The position numbers and the translations under genes are program-made. Below the pieces are notes generated by a model, which saw only the letters and a list, made by a program, of their open reading frames with translations, searched no databases and was not told where the DNA came from. 64,000 nucleotides of DNA, taken from Schmidtea nova (Eukaryota). The stretch spans positions 578,150,001-578,214,000 of the forward strand of contig CM097882.1 in NCBI GenBank assembly GCA_044892505.1. The letters are read 5' to 3'. Positions 62,761 through 64,000 of this stretch are shown here, piece by piece (positions within the stretch are counted from its first letter, which is position 1; the number at the start of each line of letters is the position of its first letter).

Positions 62761-64000
62761 CCAAACAGGAAATGTCATTTCTTGTATGCAGATTTCATTC
62801 AATTCGCTAATACTACCACACTGTCGATTTCTTATTTTAATTCTAAAAGTTTTGAATATCTCGACCAACAGACGAGGTTACTAGTTTGCCAACTCCTTTT
62901 ATAGCATTTTTCTAATTGGATTATTCTCCAAATTAAATTAAATTTTTGACAGGCGCTCTCATGATTATATTATTCTGTGGTTTCTTATTTTCAGATACTT
63001 CATCTAAATAAATTAATTTATCAAAATTTTGGATTATCCCTTCAACTTGGTTTCTCAACTATTTTATTTGGAGTACTAGAAAGAACTTATTAACAATCCC
63101 TGTTTCTCACACTGCTCTGGTTTTCATTAGCTTGGGTTTTTCATTAGATAATTAATTTTTCAATTAATTTGTTTTATTCTTAATATTTCTTTATATGGAT
63201 CCCCTTTGATTTTATATTATTATAGTTAGTTTAGTCTCATCACAATTATTTTTAATTTTTCAAATTTTAATTAATTTTGCACTTTAATTATTTTTTTTCA
63301 TTTTGATGTTTTTATTCATTTGCACTTAGTTTTTGTGCTATTTATTTTATTTTGCGCTGATTCAGACAAACCTCAGGATTTTAAATACATTGGTTGTGGA
63401 GGTATAGGTCACAATACTGGCGAGTTTGTCAAAACATTATTATCAATTACTAATAAACTCATTTATTCAGATGCTTCAATAATTTTTCATTTTTGTTGGA
63501 TCTAGGAACAAGCTTGAGGACATTCTTATACGAAAATCAGTCTAAATTCTGTCGACCTTAAAAACAGGCAAAAAACAAAATTAATGTTTAACAAAACCAT
63601 TTATTTTCAATTTCCAAAAAAGTAGGAATTAATATAAATTTTTTCACATTTTAGATGTTTTTATGCAGAGAGTTCGTTAAAAAAGAATAAAAGTTATTAA
63701 TTTCGATTGGTCTTTTTGATGCTTCAAGCAGTAGATCAAGTGACCAAGGATAAAGAGTGCAGCTAAATGAGACGTATTTAATTAGATCAGTGCATTAGCT
63801 ATAGTTGAGTTCGATACTAGGGTCACCGGAATATTTTGATATTATTATATCGAATAAAAATATTAAAAAAATTATTTGGTACCCATGCAGTCGCAGATTG
63901 TACAATATGGATACAATACGGATAAACATAAGAGTTATGGTAAGCTTGGGAAATAGGTTTCACTCCAGGTTACATATGCCAAAAATACAAAAATTCAAAG

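Noticed and set aside
63725-63830. Possible tRNA gene or tRNA-derived SINE head (TAGATCAAGTGA ... GAGTTCGATAC)
   Set aside because: A and B boxes are degenerate and I cannot fold a cloverleaf; tRNAscan-SE would be needed.

Overview
Very AT-rich (roughly a quarter GC by eye) eukaryotic, animal-type genomic window with short GT-AG introns and one N gap (52582-52712). The transposon mix and a muscle gene suggest an invertebrate, possibly a planarian-like flatworm (inference only). Host-type genes: the 5' part of a Dcp2-like decapping ORF running off the left edge; an intronless 801-aa ankyrin-like protein; a 4-exon fragment of a synaptopodin/myozenin-like Z-disc gene; two intact, intronless PIM/PASK-like kinase paralogs that both carry DYE instead of DFG and lack the Gly-rich loop. 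Most other sequence is transposon-derived: at least six TG...CA solo LTRs with 4-bp TSDs, two near-identical mariners, hAT/pogo/Mutator MITEs, Chapaev, Tigger, gag and Ty3/gypsy pol relics, and a Maverick/Polinton gene relic. The most striking structure is a 6.7-kb non-coding palindromic element (41511-48246). It has ~3-kb modular arms, terminal GC-rich hairpins/G4 motifs, a nearly G-free repeat spacer and a clean TSD, it splits a solo LTR, and its AG...CT termini with a 6-bp TSD fit a non-autonomous Maverick/Polinton derivative. All family assignments come from motif recognition by eye, not database searches.
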